Source: Myxococcota bacterium
Lineage (GTDB): Bacteria; Planctomycetota; UBA1135
NCBI GenBank assembly: GCA_047638975.1
Contig: JBLINB010000002.1
Location: 12,487 to 76,486, forward strand
Direction of reading: 5' to 3'
Length of the DNA stretch: 64,000 bases
Shown: positions 38,748-49,456 of the stretch, piece by piece
How positions within the stretch are numbered: position 1 is the stretch's first letter
How the letters are laid out: every line of letters starts with the position of its first letter
Program-made: the position numbers and the translations under genes
Notes under the pieces: model-generated
Database searches by the model: none
The model's input: only the letters and a program-made list of their open reading frames with translations
What the model was told of the DNA's origin: nothing

Positions 38748-39578
38748 TTATTTTCCTGTTTTACGGCGACGAACGATGAACTTGGATGAGACTTTGCGCT
38801 TTTGGCGAGTCTTATAGCCTTTAGCAGGCTGTCCCCAAGGAGAAACTGGGTGTTTACCCATTGTGCGACCTTCACCACCACCGTGTGGGTGAGCGGCTGG
38901 ATACATAGCAGCACCACGAACGTGTGGACGCCTACCCATGTGACGACTACGCCCGGCTTTACCGAGTTTGACGTTCTTGTGATCAGCATTGCCGACCTCG
39001 CCAATGGTTGCGCGACACTCAACGTGTATTTTACGCAACTCACCAGAAGGCATATTAATCAACGCATACTTACCTTCGCGAGCAGCCAGACGTGCGCTAG
39101 CACCGGCAGAACGCACAAGCTTTGCACCTTGACCAGCACGCATCTCGATGTTGTGGATTGAAATACCTAGTGGCAAATCTTTCAACTTCATTGAGCAGCC
39201 GACCTTAGGCTCAGCATCTGGGCCAGACATAACCATGTCGCCCTGCTTGAGACCTTTTGGCCAAACTATGTATGCCTTTTCGCCATCTACATAATGCAAT
39301 AAAGCAATGTAGGCGGTTCGGTTTGGATCGTATTCGATGTGCGCAACCTTAGCTGCAACGCCATCTTTATTACGCTTAAAATCGATCATACGGTAACGAC
39401 GCTTAGCGCCCCCACCTTTATGTCGAGCTGTAACACGGCCTAGATTGTTACGACCACCAGTTTTCGTTAGTGATTGTAGCAGACTCTTCTCGGGGGTCTG
39501 GCGTGTTAACTCTGCACGATCAAGCACTGAGCCGTCTCGGCGGCCAGGTGATGTCGGTTTGTAGTACTTAATTCCCAT
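38748..39578 (-). CDS. rplB: 50S ribosomal protein uL2
   Basis: [22 protein letters not shown]. Confidence 0.98.
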   Translation of the reverse strand: MGIKYYKPTSPGRRDGSVLDRAELTRQTPEKSLLQSLTKTGGRNNLGRVTARHKGGGAKRRYRMIDFKRNKDGVAAKVAHIEYDPNRTAYIALLHYVDGEKAYIVWPKGLKQGDMVMSGPDAEPKVGCSMKLKDLPLGISIHNIEMRAGQGAKLVRSAGASARLAAREGKYALINMPSGELRKIHVECRATIGEVGNADHKNVKLGKAGRSRHMGRRPHVRGAAMYPAAHPHGGGEGRTMGKHPVSPWGQPAKGYKTRQKRKVSSKFIVRRRKTGK

Positions 39579-39604
39579 TATTTTATGTTGTTATTCTGTA
39601 AAAA

Positions 39605-39892
39605 TTACAGAAGGTCGATTTTGTCTCCGTCAACTAATTTAACCAAAGCTATTTTCTTGGTTGCTGTGCGGTAGACGCTTGCTCCGCGACGGCGCATTTT
39701 GCCGTTGCGAACCATGGTGTTGACTGCGTCAACTTTTACTTCAAACAGCATTTCTACTGCTTGCTTAATCTCGATGCGATTCGCGCCACCGGCTACTTCA
39801 AAACGGTAAACGTTAGAACGTTCTTGTTCAGAAGTCGACTTCTCGGTGAGAATCGGCTTCTGGATTATTTCGTATGCTTCGCTTGTTAACAT
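39605..39892 (-). CDS. rplW: 50S ribosomal protein uL23
   Basis: PILTEKS, IKQAVEMLFEVKV, KKIALVKL. Confidence 0.96.
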   Translation of the reverse strand: MLTSEAYEIIQKPILTEKSTSEQERSNVYRFEVAGGANRIEIKQAVEMLFEVKVDAVNTMVRNGKMRRRGASVYRTATKKIALVKLVDGDKIDLL

Positions 39893-39917
39893 TGTATTTA
39901 TTTCTGTTTAAGGTTAA

Positions 39918-40541
39918 TTAGAAACGAGCAATCATAGCTTCGAGAGCGCCTTCTTGAACGATGACGTTTTTATGCGCTAGCAACTCATATGCATTTGAGT
40001 CAGCACCTGCCATCACGGTAACGCGCGGGAAGTTACGGAAACTACGGTAAAGGTTATCGTCGTGCTTGGCCGTTAAAACCAAAACACTGCCGCTAGCGAC
40101 ATCGCAACCATTAAGAACTTTACGGGCGACCTTCGAAGACGGAGTGTCAAAAGACATACCAGTCACTTCAATGATCTCGCCGTCATTTAGCTTGCCCAAC
40201 AGTGCCGAACGCAATGCAACATTACGCTGACGTTTTGGCAAACTGTAATACCAACGACGGGTATTACGAGGACCGAAAGTTGTAGCACCACCTACCCACA
40301 AAGGAGAACGGCGGTCACCAGCACGAGCACGACCCGTACCCTTCTGCTTCCATGGCTTGGCAGTATGACCTTGTAGCTCGCCGCGAGTCTTCACGTGAGC
40401 ATCGCCTTGACGACGGTTGGCCTGATACATAACCACAGCATCTTTCATAGTGCGGTAAAGAGGAGCTTCGCCCAAGTTAGCAGAGAATTCTTTCTCGCCA
40501 GTGGAACCGGAACCAAAATCGTAAGTTGTTATTTTTGACAT
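39918..40541 (-). CDS. rplD: 50S ribosomal protein uL4
   Basis: KPWKQKGTGRARAG, GGATTFGP. Confidence 0.97.
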   Translation of the reverse strand: MSKITTYDFGSGSTGEKEFSANLGEAPLYRTMKDAVVMYQANRRQGDAHVKTRGELQGHTAKPWKQKGTGRARAGDRRSPLWVGGATTFGPRNTRRWYYSLPKRQRNVALRSALLGKLNDGEIIEVTGMSFDTPSSKVARKVLNGCDVASGSVLVLTAKHDDNLYRSFRNFPRVTVMAGADSNAYELLAHKNVIVQEGALEAMIARF

Positions 40542-40559
40542 CTTATTATCTCTTTAACA

Positions 40560-41207
40560 CTACTTAGGTTGAACGCCTGTACGGGCGGTACATACCTGGA
40601 TCAGACCATTAGGCGGGCCTGGAACACCACCGCGAACCAACAATAGGCCGCGCTCTACGTCAATACCTTCGATAACAGAGTTCTTCACTGTAAAGCGAGA
40701 ATTACCGAGGTGCTTCGCCATGCGCGTACCTTTAAATACACGACCTGGATAAGCACACTGGCCGATTGAGCCTGGAGCACGCACAGTTTGACTACCGTGA
40801 GTCTCGTTACCACGACGGAAGCCGTGAGCCTTAATCGAGCCTGCGAAACCGCGACCTTTTGAGTTGCCGGTAACGTCTACGACTTCACCGATGGTGAAGA
40901 CCTCAGATGTCAATTCTTGGCCGAGCTCGTAGCCTTCGACAGAATCGACGCGAAACTCGCGCATACTTTTATAGTTTTTAACGCCAGCTTTTTCTGACGC
41001 AACGCGCTGTGGCTTAGCAACATGCTTATCGCGTGCTTGCTTGAGGCCAACTTGGACGGCTGAATAGCCGTCGCGCTCGGGAGTACGCAGCATTGTGATC
41101 GCACAATCGCTTACGTCAAGTACTGTCACTGGGACGACAACGCCGTCTTCGCGGAAGATTTGGGTCATCCCCTTCTTCTTAGCTAACAAAAAATTCTTAG
41201 TAGTCAT
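40560..41207 (-). CDS. rplC: 50S ribosomal protein uL3
   Basis: KKGMTQ, DGYSAVQ, SKGRGFAG, HGS, PGRVFKG. Confidence 0.98.
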   Translation of the reverse strand: MTTKNFLLAKKKGMTQIFREDGVVVPVTVLDVSDCAITMLRTPERDGYSAVQVGLKQARDKHVAKPQRVASEKAGVKNYKSMREFRVDSVEGYELGQELTSEVFTIGEVVDVTGNSKGRGFAGSIKAHGFRRGNETHGSQTVRAPGSIGQCAYPGRVFKGTRMAKHLGNSRFTVKNSVIEGIDVERGLLLVRGGVPGPPNGLIQVCTARTGVQPK

Positions 41208-41279
41208 TATTTTCTCCCGGATCCATTTCGGGTAAATTTCGCAGAGGCATTTACAGCATGCGGGATTAAGTTGTACGTA

Positions 41280-41585
41280 TTAAAGTTTAATGCGTACGTC
41301 GACACCAGCAGACAGTACGAGGCGGTTAAGCGCATCGATTGTTTGTGGCGTTGGTTCGAGCAAGTACATCAGACGCTTGTGCGTACGGATTTCGAACTGC
41401 TCGCGAGCTTTCTTGTTTACGTGAGGTGAGCGCAACACTGTGTAGCGTTCGCAACGCGTAGGAAGAGGAATAGGACCTGAAACTTTGACGCCGGTTAGAC
41501 GTGCTGCTTCGATAATTGATTCAGTTGCCTGATCAATTGCTTCGTGGTCGTAAGCCTCGAGTCGGATTTGAATGCGGTTAGACAT
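41280..41585 (-). CDS. rpsJ: 30S ribosomal protein uS10
   Basis: [21 protein letters not shown]. Confidence 0.98.
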   Translation of the reverse strand: MSNRIQIRLEAYDHEAIDQATESIIEAARLTGVKVSGPIPLPTRCERYTVLRSPHVNKKAREQFEIRTHKRLMYLLEPTPQTIDALNRLVLSAGVDVRIKL

Positions 41586-41685
41586 TTTTGGTTTAATGCA
41601 CTTTAAGCCTCGTAAAATCTATCCGCCGCAAGAGTTGCGGTTAGGTCCGGATTAAACGAGGCATTCCCCAGGAATTGGGTCGGGT

Positions 41686-41713
41686 ATTCTAATATTTATT
41701 CAGCTCAGGTCAA
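41686..41713 (-). promoter_or_regulatory. Sigma-70-type promoter of the S10 operon
   Basis: TTGACC-N16-TAGAAT about 100 bp upstream of rpsJ. Confidence 0.6.
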
Positions 41714-41762
41714 GCGAATACCTCTAATAACCTCAATAAAAACCCAAACTATTCAAAATAAC

Positions 41763-43763
41763 TCAACTTTTCCAGCTCTGACGGCATATTGTCAGCTCAG
41801 CCCGTCCATGAGATTGCGATCTTAGCTCTGTAGAGTAGCCTGTCATCTCAGCGAAAAAGGCCTCTGCTTTAACAACAGTTCGCGACTCCTGCTGCTCTAC
41901 TGCCGAAATTTGAGCGTTTCGCATCTGCAAATCGGCCAAAATGGAAGATAGCTCGGTGTCTGGGGTGCGCACCTCGAAATTGAGGTATGGCTTTTGCATC
42001 ACACCATATTCTGCGAGCAGCTTGATGACACACTCATGCATTGCTGACACCAGCAAGCCTGGTTCTTTACTGGTGCTCTCAGCGAATTGAAGCTTAGTAA
42101 CGCGCAGCGATAAAGACCGCAAGGCGTATCCCTGGGGCCCTACCCAGCCCTCAAAAGAGGCGGCTGTGTATAAACTTTCGAGAAAAGCAGGCTCGTAGCC
42201 GCTGAGCAACGGCGAATACCGCAAGCTAACCCCGTGGTTATCACTTGGTGAAACCTCTAGCTCGATGACTAAACTATTGCTGGGGTCGTCAAAGCGCGCA
42301 TGCTCAATTACGATGGCTTGACTGCTCGAAATACTCTCGTATTGCTCAATCATCACCCCGCCTATATGCACATCAAAGTTGCACAAATCGTTCAGGTGCT
42401 TAGCGGCTATCTCGAGATGCAATTGCCCCTGCCCCTGCAATACAATTTGCCCATCATTTAACTGCAATGCCAAGCTAGGATCACTGCGACATAACCAGCG
42501 GCAATGCCCTATCAACTCATCACGCTGCTCGTCATTCGGTGGTTCAACCCTCATCGAAACAACCGGCGAGGACAAGGCTTCTGGTTCGATAGCGCCGCGC
42601 CGCATCGTAGATCGCAATGTGTCGCCACTCTGCAATTGGACATCTGTTTTGATTACGAATAGCGACCCGTTCACAAAAGTCGCTTTTGATTGCAAGTCGT
42701 CGGCCAGCACCGTAAAACAATCTTCGACGTGCAGCGGGCTAGAATCGCGCTCGAGGTACAAACGCTGACCACTCGCTAGGCCTCCGGCAAAAAGGCGCAC
42801 GTACGCCACGTCTTGCTTACCGATGCGCTCGACCTTGAAGACGTAAACGACTGTTTTAGCCCCAGAATCGGCTAACAACAGGTCTCGACCGGTTTGCGAG
42901 TCATGCAGCACCACATCATCGCGGCACAAAGGAGATGGCAAGTAATCCACTACGGCGTCTAATATTTGCTGACCGCCTACGCGTTGCAATGCTGACGCCG
43001 CGAATGCTGGAAACCAATTCAGGCTACGCGCCGCCCGAGCAATTTGCTCAGTCATGGCTTGCGGCATAAGCGTCGAGTGTTCGAGGTAATAGTCTTCGCA
43101 GTCCGTATCTGATTCGGCAATTTTTGAGCACAATTGCTGATGCGCCTCAGTTGCTCGCTCGAGCATGTCCGCAGGTATGTCAGCTACTTCATAATCAGCG
43201 CAATCGTCGAGTGGATTCCATTGCAGCAACTTCATGCTAATCAGATCTATCACTCCACAGAAATGTTCGTCTTCGAAATACGCTAACTGCACTGGAACAA
43301 TATCTAACTGCAACTGCTTAGCAGCGATCTTGCATGAGTTGGCAAATTCGGCACAGCGGCGGTCCATCTTGTTGAAAACAAAGATTAGCGGCAAGCTGTG
43401 TTCTTGCGCCTGCGACACTACCGAGTAGGTTTGCGCTTGCACCCCCTCAAGAGCGTCTATAACCACTATTGCACCGTCTAGCACCTGCAAGCTACGCCGC
43501 ACCTCTGCAGCGAAGTCAACGTGCCCAGGCGTATCCACAAATTGCAGTCGATGCTCGCGCCACGGGCAGTGTGCGACGGCAGCTGAAATGGTGATACCAC
43601 GTTCGCGCTCTTCGCTGTGCCAATCCATGGCGGCAGTACCGATATCAACGGCGCCCATGCGCGATTCAACACCTGTCAAATACAAGATACACTCTGACAA
43701 AGTCGTTTTACCGGCGTCAATATGCGCCAGTATCCCGAAATTGCGTAAGTGTTCAGTCTGCAT
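41763..43763 (-). CDS. Divergent elongation factor G family GTPase (EF-G2-like)
   Basis: [54 protein letters not shown]; domains II-IV are poorly conserved. Confidence 0.85.
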   Translation of the reverse strand: MQTEHLRNFGILAHIDAGKTTLSECILYLTGVESRMGAVDIGTAAMDWHSEERERGITISAAVAHCPWREHRLQFVDTPGHVDFAAEVRRSLQVLDGAIVVIDALEGVQAQTYSVVSQAQEHSLPLIFVFNKMDRRCAEFANSCKIAAKQLQLDIVPVQLAYFEDEHFCGVIDLISMKLLQWNPLDDCADYEVADIPADMLERATEAHQQLCSKIAESDTDCEDYYLEHSTLMPQAMTEQIARAARSLNWFPAFAASALQRVGGQQILDAVVDYLPSPLCRDDVVLHDSQTGRDLLLADSGAKTVVYVFKVERIGKQDVAYVRLFAGGLASGQRLYLERDSSPLHVEDCFTVLADDLQSKATFVNGSLFVIKTDVQLQSGDTLRSTMRRGAIEPEALSSPVVSMRVEPPNDEQRDELIGHCRWLCRSDPSLALQLNDGQIVLQGQGQLHLEIAAKHLNDLCNFDVHIGGVMIEQYESISSSQAIVIEHARFDDPSNSLVIELEVSPSDNHGVSLRYSPLLSGYEPAFLESLYTAASFEGWVGPQGYALRSLSLRVTKLQFAESTSKEPGLLVSAMHECVIKLLAEYGVMQKPYLNFEVRTPDTELSSILADLQMRNAQISAVEQQESRTVVKAEAFFAEMTGYSTELRSQSHGRAELTICRQSWKS

Positions 43764-44217
43764 TGTTCAACTCGTCGTTCATCTGTAACCACTTATCTGC
43801 AAAGTAATACCCTTCCAGTAGAGAATCATCGCGCCGGCCTAAACAGACTGTGGCAGCGTGCAATGCCTCGATACTAGCCAATCCCGTTTCTGGGTCTTCA
43901 TAAGTTTTCGACTTGCGCGGATAAGCCGTCACTAAGTTTTTCGGTAAACATCGTAATTCGAAATTGCCGCGAACGGTAGCCAACATTTTTGGCAAATCAC
44001 GCCACGACGAATCGACCAGTAGTAGTGGACGGCAATCATCTTCTTTAGTCAAAGGCTGCCCCTCAGGGTGCAATAAAGTCACCGAACCGACTTGCACTTC
44101 ATTGCCAATATTGCAGTGATGCCACTCTATGTCTAAGTCTTCGCGCTTACGGATTGGAGTAAGGCTGCACTTCTTGGGAGACTCTTTATTGAGTCGAATG
44201 ATGATGGTCTTATGCAT
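43753..44217 (-). CDS. Tsr3/DUF367-like aminocarboxypropyltransferase
   Basis: ESPKKCSL, VDSSWR, RCLP...TAYPR, LASIEALHAA and YYFADKWLQMN match the recalled Tsr3 motifs DPKxCS, xCSW, RxLP, LxxxEAL and W..FL.LN. Confidence 0.75.
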   Translation of the reverse strand: MHKTIIIRLNKESPKKCSLTPIRKREDLDIEWHHCNIGNEVQVGSVTLLHPEGQPLTKEDDCRPLLLVDSSWRDLPKMLATVRGNFELRCLPKNLVTAYPRKSKTYEDPETGLASIEALHAATVCLGRRDDSLLEGYYFADKWLQMNDELNNAD

Positions 44218-44220
44218 AAG

Positions 44221-44258
44221 AAAACTCGGGTGCTCTAATGATAGAGCAACCCGAGTTT
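44221..44258 (-). terminator. Intrinsic terminator after rpsG
   Basis: AAACTCGGG-TGCTCTA...TAGAGCA-a-CCCGAGTTT inverted repeat with a U-tract on the minus strand. Confidence 0.75.
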
Positions 44259-44277
44259 AACAGTAAGAGCTTAAACT

Positions 44278-44751
44278 CTAAAATGCAAAGTGACTAAACG
44301 CTTTGTTAGCTTCAGCCATCTTATGGACGTTTTCCTTCCATTGCACTGATGTACCCGTATTGTTTACGGCATCGATGAATTCTGTGGATAAGCGCTTAGC
44401 CATTGGCATGCCCTTCTTCTTACGAGCATTATTGACAATCCAGCGAATCGCTAGTGCCTGAGCGCGCTTAGGGCTTACCTCGCGTGGAACTTGGTAGTTT
44501 GAACCACCAACACGCTTGGAGCGAACTTCTACTGCTGGGCGCACGTTTTCGATAGCCTTTTCAAAAACCTCTTCGACTTTAACGTCGTCGAGTTTTGCGG
44601 CAGCCATTTCGCAGGCTTCGTAAAAGATTGCTGTTGCAATAGACTTTTTGCCATCTAGCATTACCGCATTGATGATTTTAGTGGCAAGCATTGAACCAAA
44701 ACGCGCATCTGGCTTTTGGTATTTCTGAGTTGATCTGAAGTTACGTGGCAT
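44278..44751 (-). CDS. rpsG: 30S ribosomal protein uS7
   Basis: Start MPRNF at 44751; DGKKSIA, RVGGSNYQVP, HKMAEANKAF. Confidence 0.98.
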   Translation of the reverse strand: MPRNFRSTQKYQKPDARFGSMLATKIINAVMLDGKKSIATAIFYEACEMAAAKLDDVKVEEVFEKAIENVRPAVEVRSKRVGGSNYQVPREVSPKRAQALAIRWIVNNARKKKGMPMAKRLSTEFIDAVNNTGTSVQWKENVHKMAEANKAFSHFAF

Positions 44752-44755
44752 ATTA

Positions 44756-45127
44756 TTACTTACTTCGGCGTGCGCCGTACTTAGAACGCCCCTGCTTGCG
44801 ATCGTCAACGCCAGCACAATCTAATGTACCGCGGACGACGTGATAACGAACACCTGGAAGGTCGCGTACACGACCACCGCGCACTAGCACGATAGAGTGT
44901 TCTTGAAGGTTGTGACCTTCACCTCCAATGTAGGCAGCGACTTCTTTGCCGTTAGAAAGGCGTACACGCGCAACCTTACGAAGAGCTGAGTTCGGCTTCT
45001 TCGGGGTCATTGTTTTTACTTGAGTACAAACTCCGCGCTTATGCGGGCATTTATCGAGCACGCGGCTCTTTGAAACAGAGCGCTGAGGCTTGCGGCCTTT
45101 GCGGACTAATTGGTTAATGGTAGGCAT
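44756..45127 (-). CDS. rpsL: 30S ribosomal protein uS12
   Basis: [26 protein letters not shown]. Confidence 0.99.
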   Translation of the reverse strand: MPTINQLVRKGRKPQRSVSKSRVLDKCPHKRGVCTQVKTMTPKKPNSALRKVARVRLSNGKEVAAYIGGEGHNLQEHSIVLVRGGRVRDLPGVRYHVVRGTLDCAGVDDRKQGRSKYGARRSK

Positions 45128-45166
45128 TATGTTTATTCCTAGAGGGCTAGGCGATCAGGGCCAAAA

Positions 45167-45194
45167 ATTTTAGCGTAATTGGCCCCTAAGTCAA
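45167..45194 (-). promoter_or_regulatory. Sigma-70-type promoter of rpsL
   Basis: TTGACT-N16-TAAAAT upstream of rpsL. Confidence 0.6.
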
Positions 45195-45214
45195 TCTTTA
45201 TTATGATTTATTGA

Positions 45215-48200
45215 TTAATTGCTATCTTCGAGTGTTTCTGCGACCTCAGCCGCAAGAGCTGCTTCGAAAGAGTCGACAACGTCGGCCTCGTCTTCGAATT
45301 GGCTAAAGTCGTGCTTACGCTCGACATGGGTATGCAGTAAGTCGCGGAAACCTGTACCAGCTGGTATCAGGTTGCCCAAAATCACGTTCTCTTTCAGGCC
45401 AAGCAGTGTATCTGTTTTGCCACGCAGTGCAGCTTCAGTAAGTACCTTGGTTGTTTCCTGGAAAGAAGCCGCTGAGATAAAGGATTCTGATTGAACAGAA
45501 GCCTTCGTAATACCCATGATTTCTGGACGACAAACAGGCAATGCCTTGTCAGGATCGGCTGCCAACTTATTACGTAGTGCATTAAACTTCTTGCGATCGA
45601 TCAGCGAGTTTGGCAGCAATTCAGAATCGCCTGCTTCAGTCACTACAACCTTACGCATCATTTGCGCCACAATGATTTCGACGTGCTTGTCGTCGATACC
45701 TACGCCCTGCGCGCGGTAAACAGCTTGAATCTGTTCGATCATATATGCTTGCACATGTTCTTCACCTTGAATTTTCAAGATGTCGTTTGGCGGTAGCTGT
45801 CCAGCCACAAGTGGGTCTCCGGACTTAACGTAATCGCCATCGTGTACACGCAAGTGCTTAGACTGCGGCACCATGTGCTCGACTTCAGTACCGGTCTCTT
45901 CGTTCTTAACGATAATTGCGCGCTTCGCACGACGTTTTTCGCCTAGAGTTACGATACCTTCAATCTCGGACATGATTGCTGGGTTCTTCGGCACACGTGC
46001 CTCAAACAACTCAGTTACGCGTGGCAAACCACCCGTGATGTCTTGAGTACCACCGCCAGTACGCGGTGACTTAGCCATCATCTGTCCGGCCTTAACCTTG
46101 TCGCCGTCTTTAACTTCAACGTACGCCTGGTCAGGCAATGAGGTGATGTGTAGCACGGAGCCGTCTTTCTTATCAAGCAGCATAAGTTGCGGATGCAAAT
46201 CACCACGCGACTCGATAATCTTTGTACGCTTCACGCCAATCTTGTCATCGACTTCGATGAGCATAGTCTTGCCTTCTTCGATATCGACATATTGCACGAC
46301 ACCGTCTTCCATCGCTAGCAATGGCACGAACATAGGGTCCCACACGATGATGCGCGCGCCCTTCTTAACCTTGCCACCGTCTTTGATTAGAATGTGTGCA
46401 CCGATGCTTATTTCGTATTCATCGAGAGTACGTCCTTTCGCATCACACACATGGATGGCACCTGTATTTGACAATGCTACCGTTTTTCCTTCTGGATTAA
46501 CTGTAGTGCGTAGGCCTGCGTATTTAACAGTACCGCCACGTTTAGTCTTGGTGTCGGATATCTGAATCGCGCGCGATGCCGTACCACCAATGTGGAAAGT
46601 ACGCATCGTTAACTGCGTACCAGGCTCACCGATTGACTGCGCAGCAATGATGCCTGCAGCTGTACCCAGCTCGACCAAGTTACCACGTGACAAGTCTTCG
46701 CCATAACAGCGCGCACAAATACCATTTGCTGCTTCGCAAGTTAAAACACTGCGTACTCGTATCTTCGAGTAGCCCATGCCTTCAATCGCTTTAGCTGCTG
46801 CGGGAGAGATGACCTCGCCATCGGCAACCACCAATTCGTCGGTGACACGGTCGCGAATAGTATCGCGTGCCGTGCGTCCACGAATGATTTCGCGTAGTGG
46901 GATGGAAAGTTTTTCGCCACTGTAAACCGGCACTTTCGAGATGCTGTTGAGCGTGCCACAATCGTCGATCGTTACGATCACGTTTTGCGCAACGTCTGCC
47001 AGCTTACGAGTTAGGTAACCCGAGTCAGCGGTTTTCAGCGCCGTATCGGCAAGACCTTTACGCGCACCGTGAGTGGATGAGAAATATTCGAGCACAGCCA
47101 ATCCTTCGCGGAAGTTCGCACGAATCGGAGTTTCGATAATTTCACCAGACGGCTTAGCCATCAAACCACGCATGCCGGATAGCTGACGAATTTGGTCTAC
47201 ACTACCACGAGCACCAGAGTTGGCCATCACGAATACTGGGTTGATGTATGGCTTGCCATCACGAGTATCTGCTTCGAGCTCTTTGAGCAAACAGTTAGAC
47301 ACTTCGTCACGAGCAGTAGTCCAGAGGTCAATCACCCTTGAATTACGTTCGTTGTCGGTAAGAACACCATCGAGGAAGTCTTGCCTAGTTTGATCTACCT
47401 CGCCCTGGGTTGCAGCGATGATATCCCATTTCTCGGCAGGAATGCGCATGTCATCTTTTACGATTGACAATCCGGAACGTGTCGCACCCTTATAGCCCAA
47501 GGCTTTTAATTCGTCGAGTAGTTCAAGTGTCGCAGGACGTCCACAGTAGGCGTGGCAATCGTGAATCAAATCATGAATCGCCCGCTTGTCGAGGATGAAG
47601 TTGTAGAACGGCATACCTTCTTTCATACTGTCGTTAACGATCAAACGTCCGGCAGTAGTGATATGCATTTCATCTTTCGTCAATGTGCGCGGGTGGTCGC
47701 CGTGCGCATCTTGGAGCAATGTTCCGGCAGTAAACACCACCTTAACGCTAGAGTGTGTTTCTAGGTGGCCTGCAGCATATGCTTGCAAGACCTCGGCGTG
47801 TGAGCCGTAACAGCCCTCGACACCTTTAGAGTTTTCTGTCCACTCGTTAAGAGCTTGTTCACGCAACGTTGTCATGTAATACAGACCAAGAATAATATCC
47901 TGGTGCGGAGAAATGATCGGTGCGCCGTTTGAAGGAGAGAACACGTTGTTGGTTGACAACATCAAAGTGGATGCCTCGACCTGCGCCTCGTATGACAAAG
48001 GCAAGTGAACAGCCATCTGGTCACCGTCGAAGTCGGCGTTATAACCAGGGCACATCAATGGGTGCAACTGAATCGCATTACCTTCAATGAGAACCGGCTC
48101 GAATGCCTGCATACCCATACGGTGCAAAGTAGGAGCACGGTTTAGAAGTACTGGGTGTCCGCCGATGACTTGCTCGAGGATGTCCCACACTACTTCTTCT

Positions 48201-49441
48201 TGGCGCTCAAGCATTTTCTTCGCAGCCTTAATGGTTTCAGCAAGACGCTGCTCTCTTAGGCGGCGAATGATGAATGGCTGGAACAACTCGAGTGCGATAA
48301 CTTTGGGTAGACCACACTGGTGAAGCTTTAGCTCTGGACCCACCACAATTACCGAACGCGCTGAGTAATCAACACGCTTACCCAACAAGTTCAAGCGGAA
48401 GCGACCTTGCTTACCCTTGATCATATCGGTTAATGATTTAAGTGGCTGGTTTGAAGTGCTAAGCACTTGACGCTTACAACGACCATTGTCGAATAAAGCA
48501 TCGACAGATTGCTGTAGCATACGCTTTTCGTTACGGATAATAACTTCTGGCGCATTAAGATCGATTAGACGCAACAAACGGTTGTTACGGTTAATCAAAC
48601 GACGGTATAGATCGTTTAAGTCTGATGACGCGAAGTTACCAGAGTCAAGGCGAACAAGTGGGCGCAATTCAGGCGGGATAACCGGGATTACATCCATGAT
48701 CATCCATGACGGATCATTTGGCGAATCGCGTAGCATCTCGACGGTGCGCAGACGCTTAATGATGTCGGCAAGGCGTTGCTTCGAAGTACAGTTTTTCATG
48801 CCTTCGCGCAATTCGCGCGCAGTGCTTTCTAGATTTAAATCATCTAGCAAGTCACGCACAGCTTCGGCGCCCATCTTTGCAACAAGTGACGTACCGTGTT
48901 GCACACGCGCACGACGGTATTCGTCTTCAGTAATTAACTGACAACGCTTGAAGTCGGACTCGCCAGGATCAGTTACCACATAATCTTGGAAGTAGACGAC
49001 GCGTTCTAGCTCGGTCTTCTTCATGCCTAGCAAATTGCCAATGCGTGAAGGAGTAACAGAGAAGAACCAAATATGCACTACTGGTGCAGCCAGGCTAATA
49101 TGACCCATGCGCTTGCGACGTTCGCGTGATGTTGTCACCAACACTCCACACTTGTCACAGGTAATGCCAAAGTGCTTCTGCCCTTTGTACTTACCACATG
49201 CACATTCAAAGTCACGCTCAGGGCCAAAGATTCGCTCACAGAACAGCCCGTCTTTTTCTGGACGGAATGTACGGTAGTTAATAGTCTCTGGCTTCTTTAC
49301 TTCACCGAAGGACGCCTTGCGGAATTCTTCGGGTGAGGCCAAACAAATGGACACTGAAAGTTGGTCGGAATTGTAATCACGAGCTGAGTTTGAGCCAGAA
49401 GCCTCGTCAGCCGATGAGATAGTTGTTGTTGTTTCACTCAT
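45215..49441 (-). CDS. rpoC: RNA polymerase beta' subunit
   Basis: [47 protein letters not shown]. Confidence 0.99.
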   Translation of the reverse strand: MSETTTTISSADEASGSNSARDYNSDQLSVSICLASPEEFRKASFGEVKKPETINYRTFRPEKDGLFCERIFGPERDFECACGKYKGQKHFGITCDKCGVLVTTSRERRKRMGHISLAAPVVHIWFFSVTPSRIGNLLGMKKTELERVVYFQDYVVTDPGESDFKRCQLITEDEYRRARVQHGTSLVAKMGAEAVRDLLDDLNLESTARELREGMKNCTSKQRLADIIKRLRTVEMLRDSPNDPSWMIMDVIPVIPPELRPLVRLDSGNFASSDLNDLYRRLINRNNRLLRLIDLNAPEVIIRNEKRMLQQSVDALFDNGRCKRQVLSTSNQPLKSLTDMIKGKQGRFRLNLLGKRVDYSARSVIVVGPELKLHQCGLPKVIALELFQPFIIRRLREQRLAETIKAAKKMLERQEEVVWDILEQVIGGHPVLLNRAPTLHRMGMQAFEPVLIEGNAIQLHPLMCPGYNADFDGDQMAVHLPLSYEAQVEASTLMLSTNNVFSPSNGAPIISPHQDIILGLYYMTTLREQALNEWTENSKGVEGCYGSHAEVLQAYAAGHLETHSSVKVVFTAGTLLQDAHGDHPRTLTKDEMHITTAGRLIVNDSMKEGMPFYNFILDKRAIHDLIHDCHAYCGRPATLELLDELKALGYKGATRSGLSIVKDDMRIPAEKWDIIAATQGEVDQTRQDFLDGVLTDNERNSRVIDLWTTARDEVSNCLLKELEADTRDGKPYINPVFVMANSGARGSVDQIRQLSGMRGLMAKPSGEIIETPIRANFREGLAVLEYFSSTHGARKGLADTALKTADSGYLTRKLADVAQNVIVTIDDCGTLNSISKVPVYSGEKLSIPLREIIRGRTARDTIRDRVTDELVVADGEVISPAAAKAIEGMGYSKIRVRSVLTCEAANGICARCYGEDLSRGNLVELGTAAGIIAAQSIGEPGTQLTMRTFHIGGTASRAIQISDTKTKRGGTVKYAGLRTTVNPEGKTVALSNTGAIHVCDAKGRTLDEYEISIGAHILIKDGGKVKKGARIIVWDPMFVPLLAMEDGVVQYVDIEEGKTMLIEVDDKIGVKRTKIIESRGDLHPQLMLLDKKDGSVLHITSLPDQAYVEVKDGDKVKAGQMMAKSPRTGGGTQDITGGLPRVTELFEARVPKNPAIMSEIEGIVTLGEKRRAKRAIIVKNEETGTEVEHMVPQSKHLRVHDGDYVKSGDPLVAGQLPPNDILKIQGEEHVQAYMIEQIQAVYRAQGVGIDDKHVEIIVAQMMRKVVVTEAGDSELLPNSLIDRKKFNALRNKLAADPDKALPVCRPEIMGITKASVQSESFISAASFQETTKVLTEAALRGKTDTLLGLKENVILGNLIPAGTGFRDLLHTHVERKHDFSQFEDEADVVDSFEAALAAEVAETLEDSN

Positions 49442-49456
49442 TATTTAATTCCTTAA

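Noticed and set aside
44383-44391. DnaA-box match TGTGGATAA
   Set aside because: Single copy inside rpsG coding sequence; no cluster suggesting an origin.
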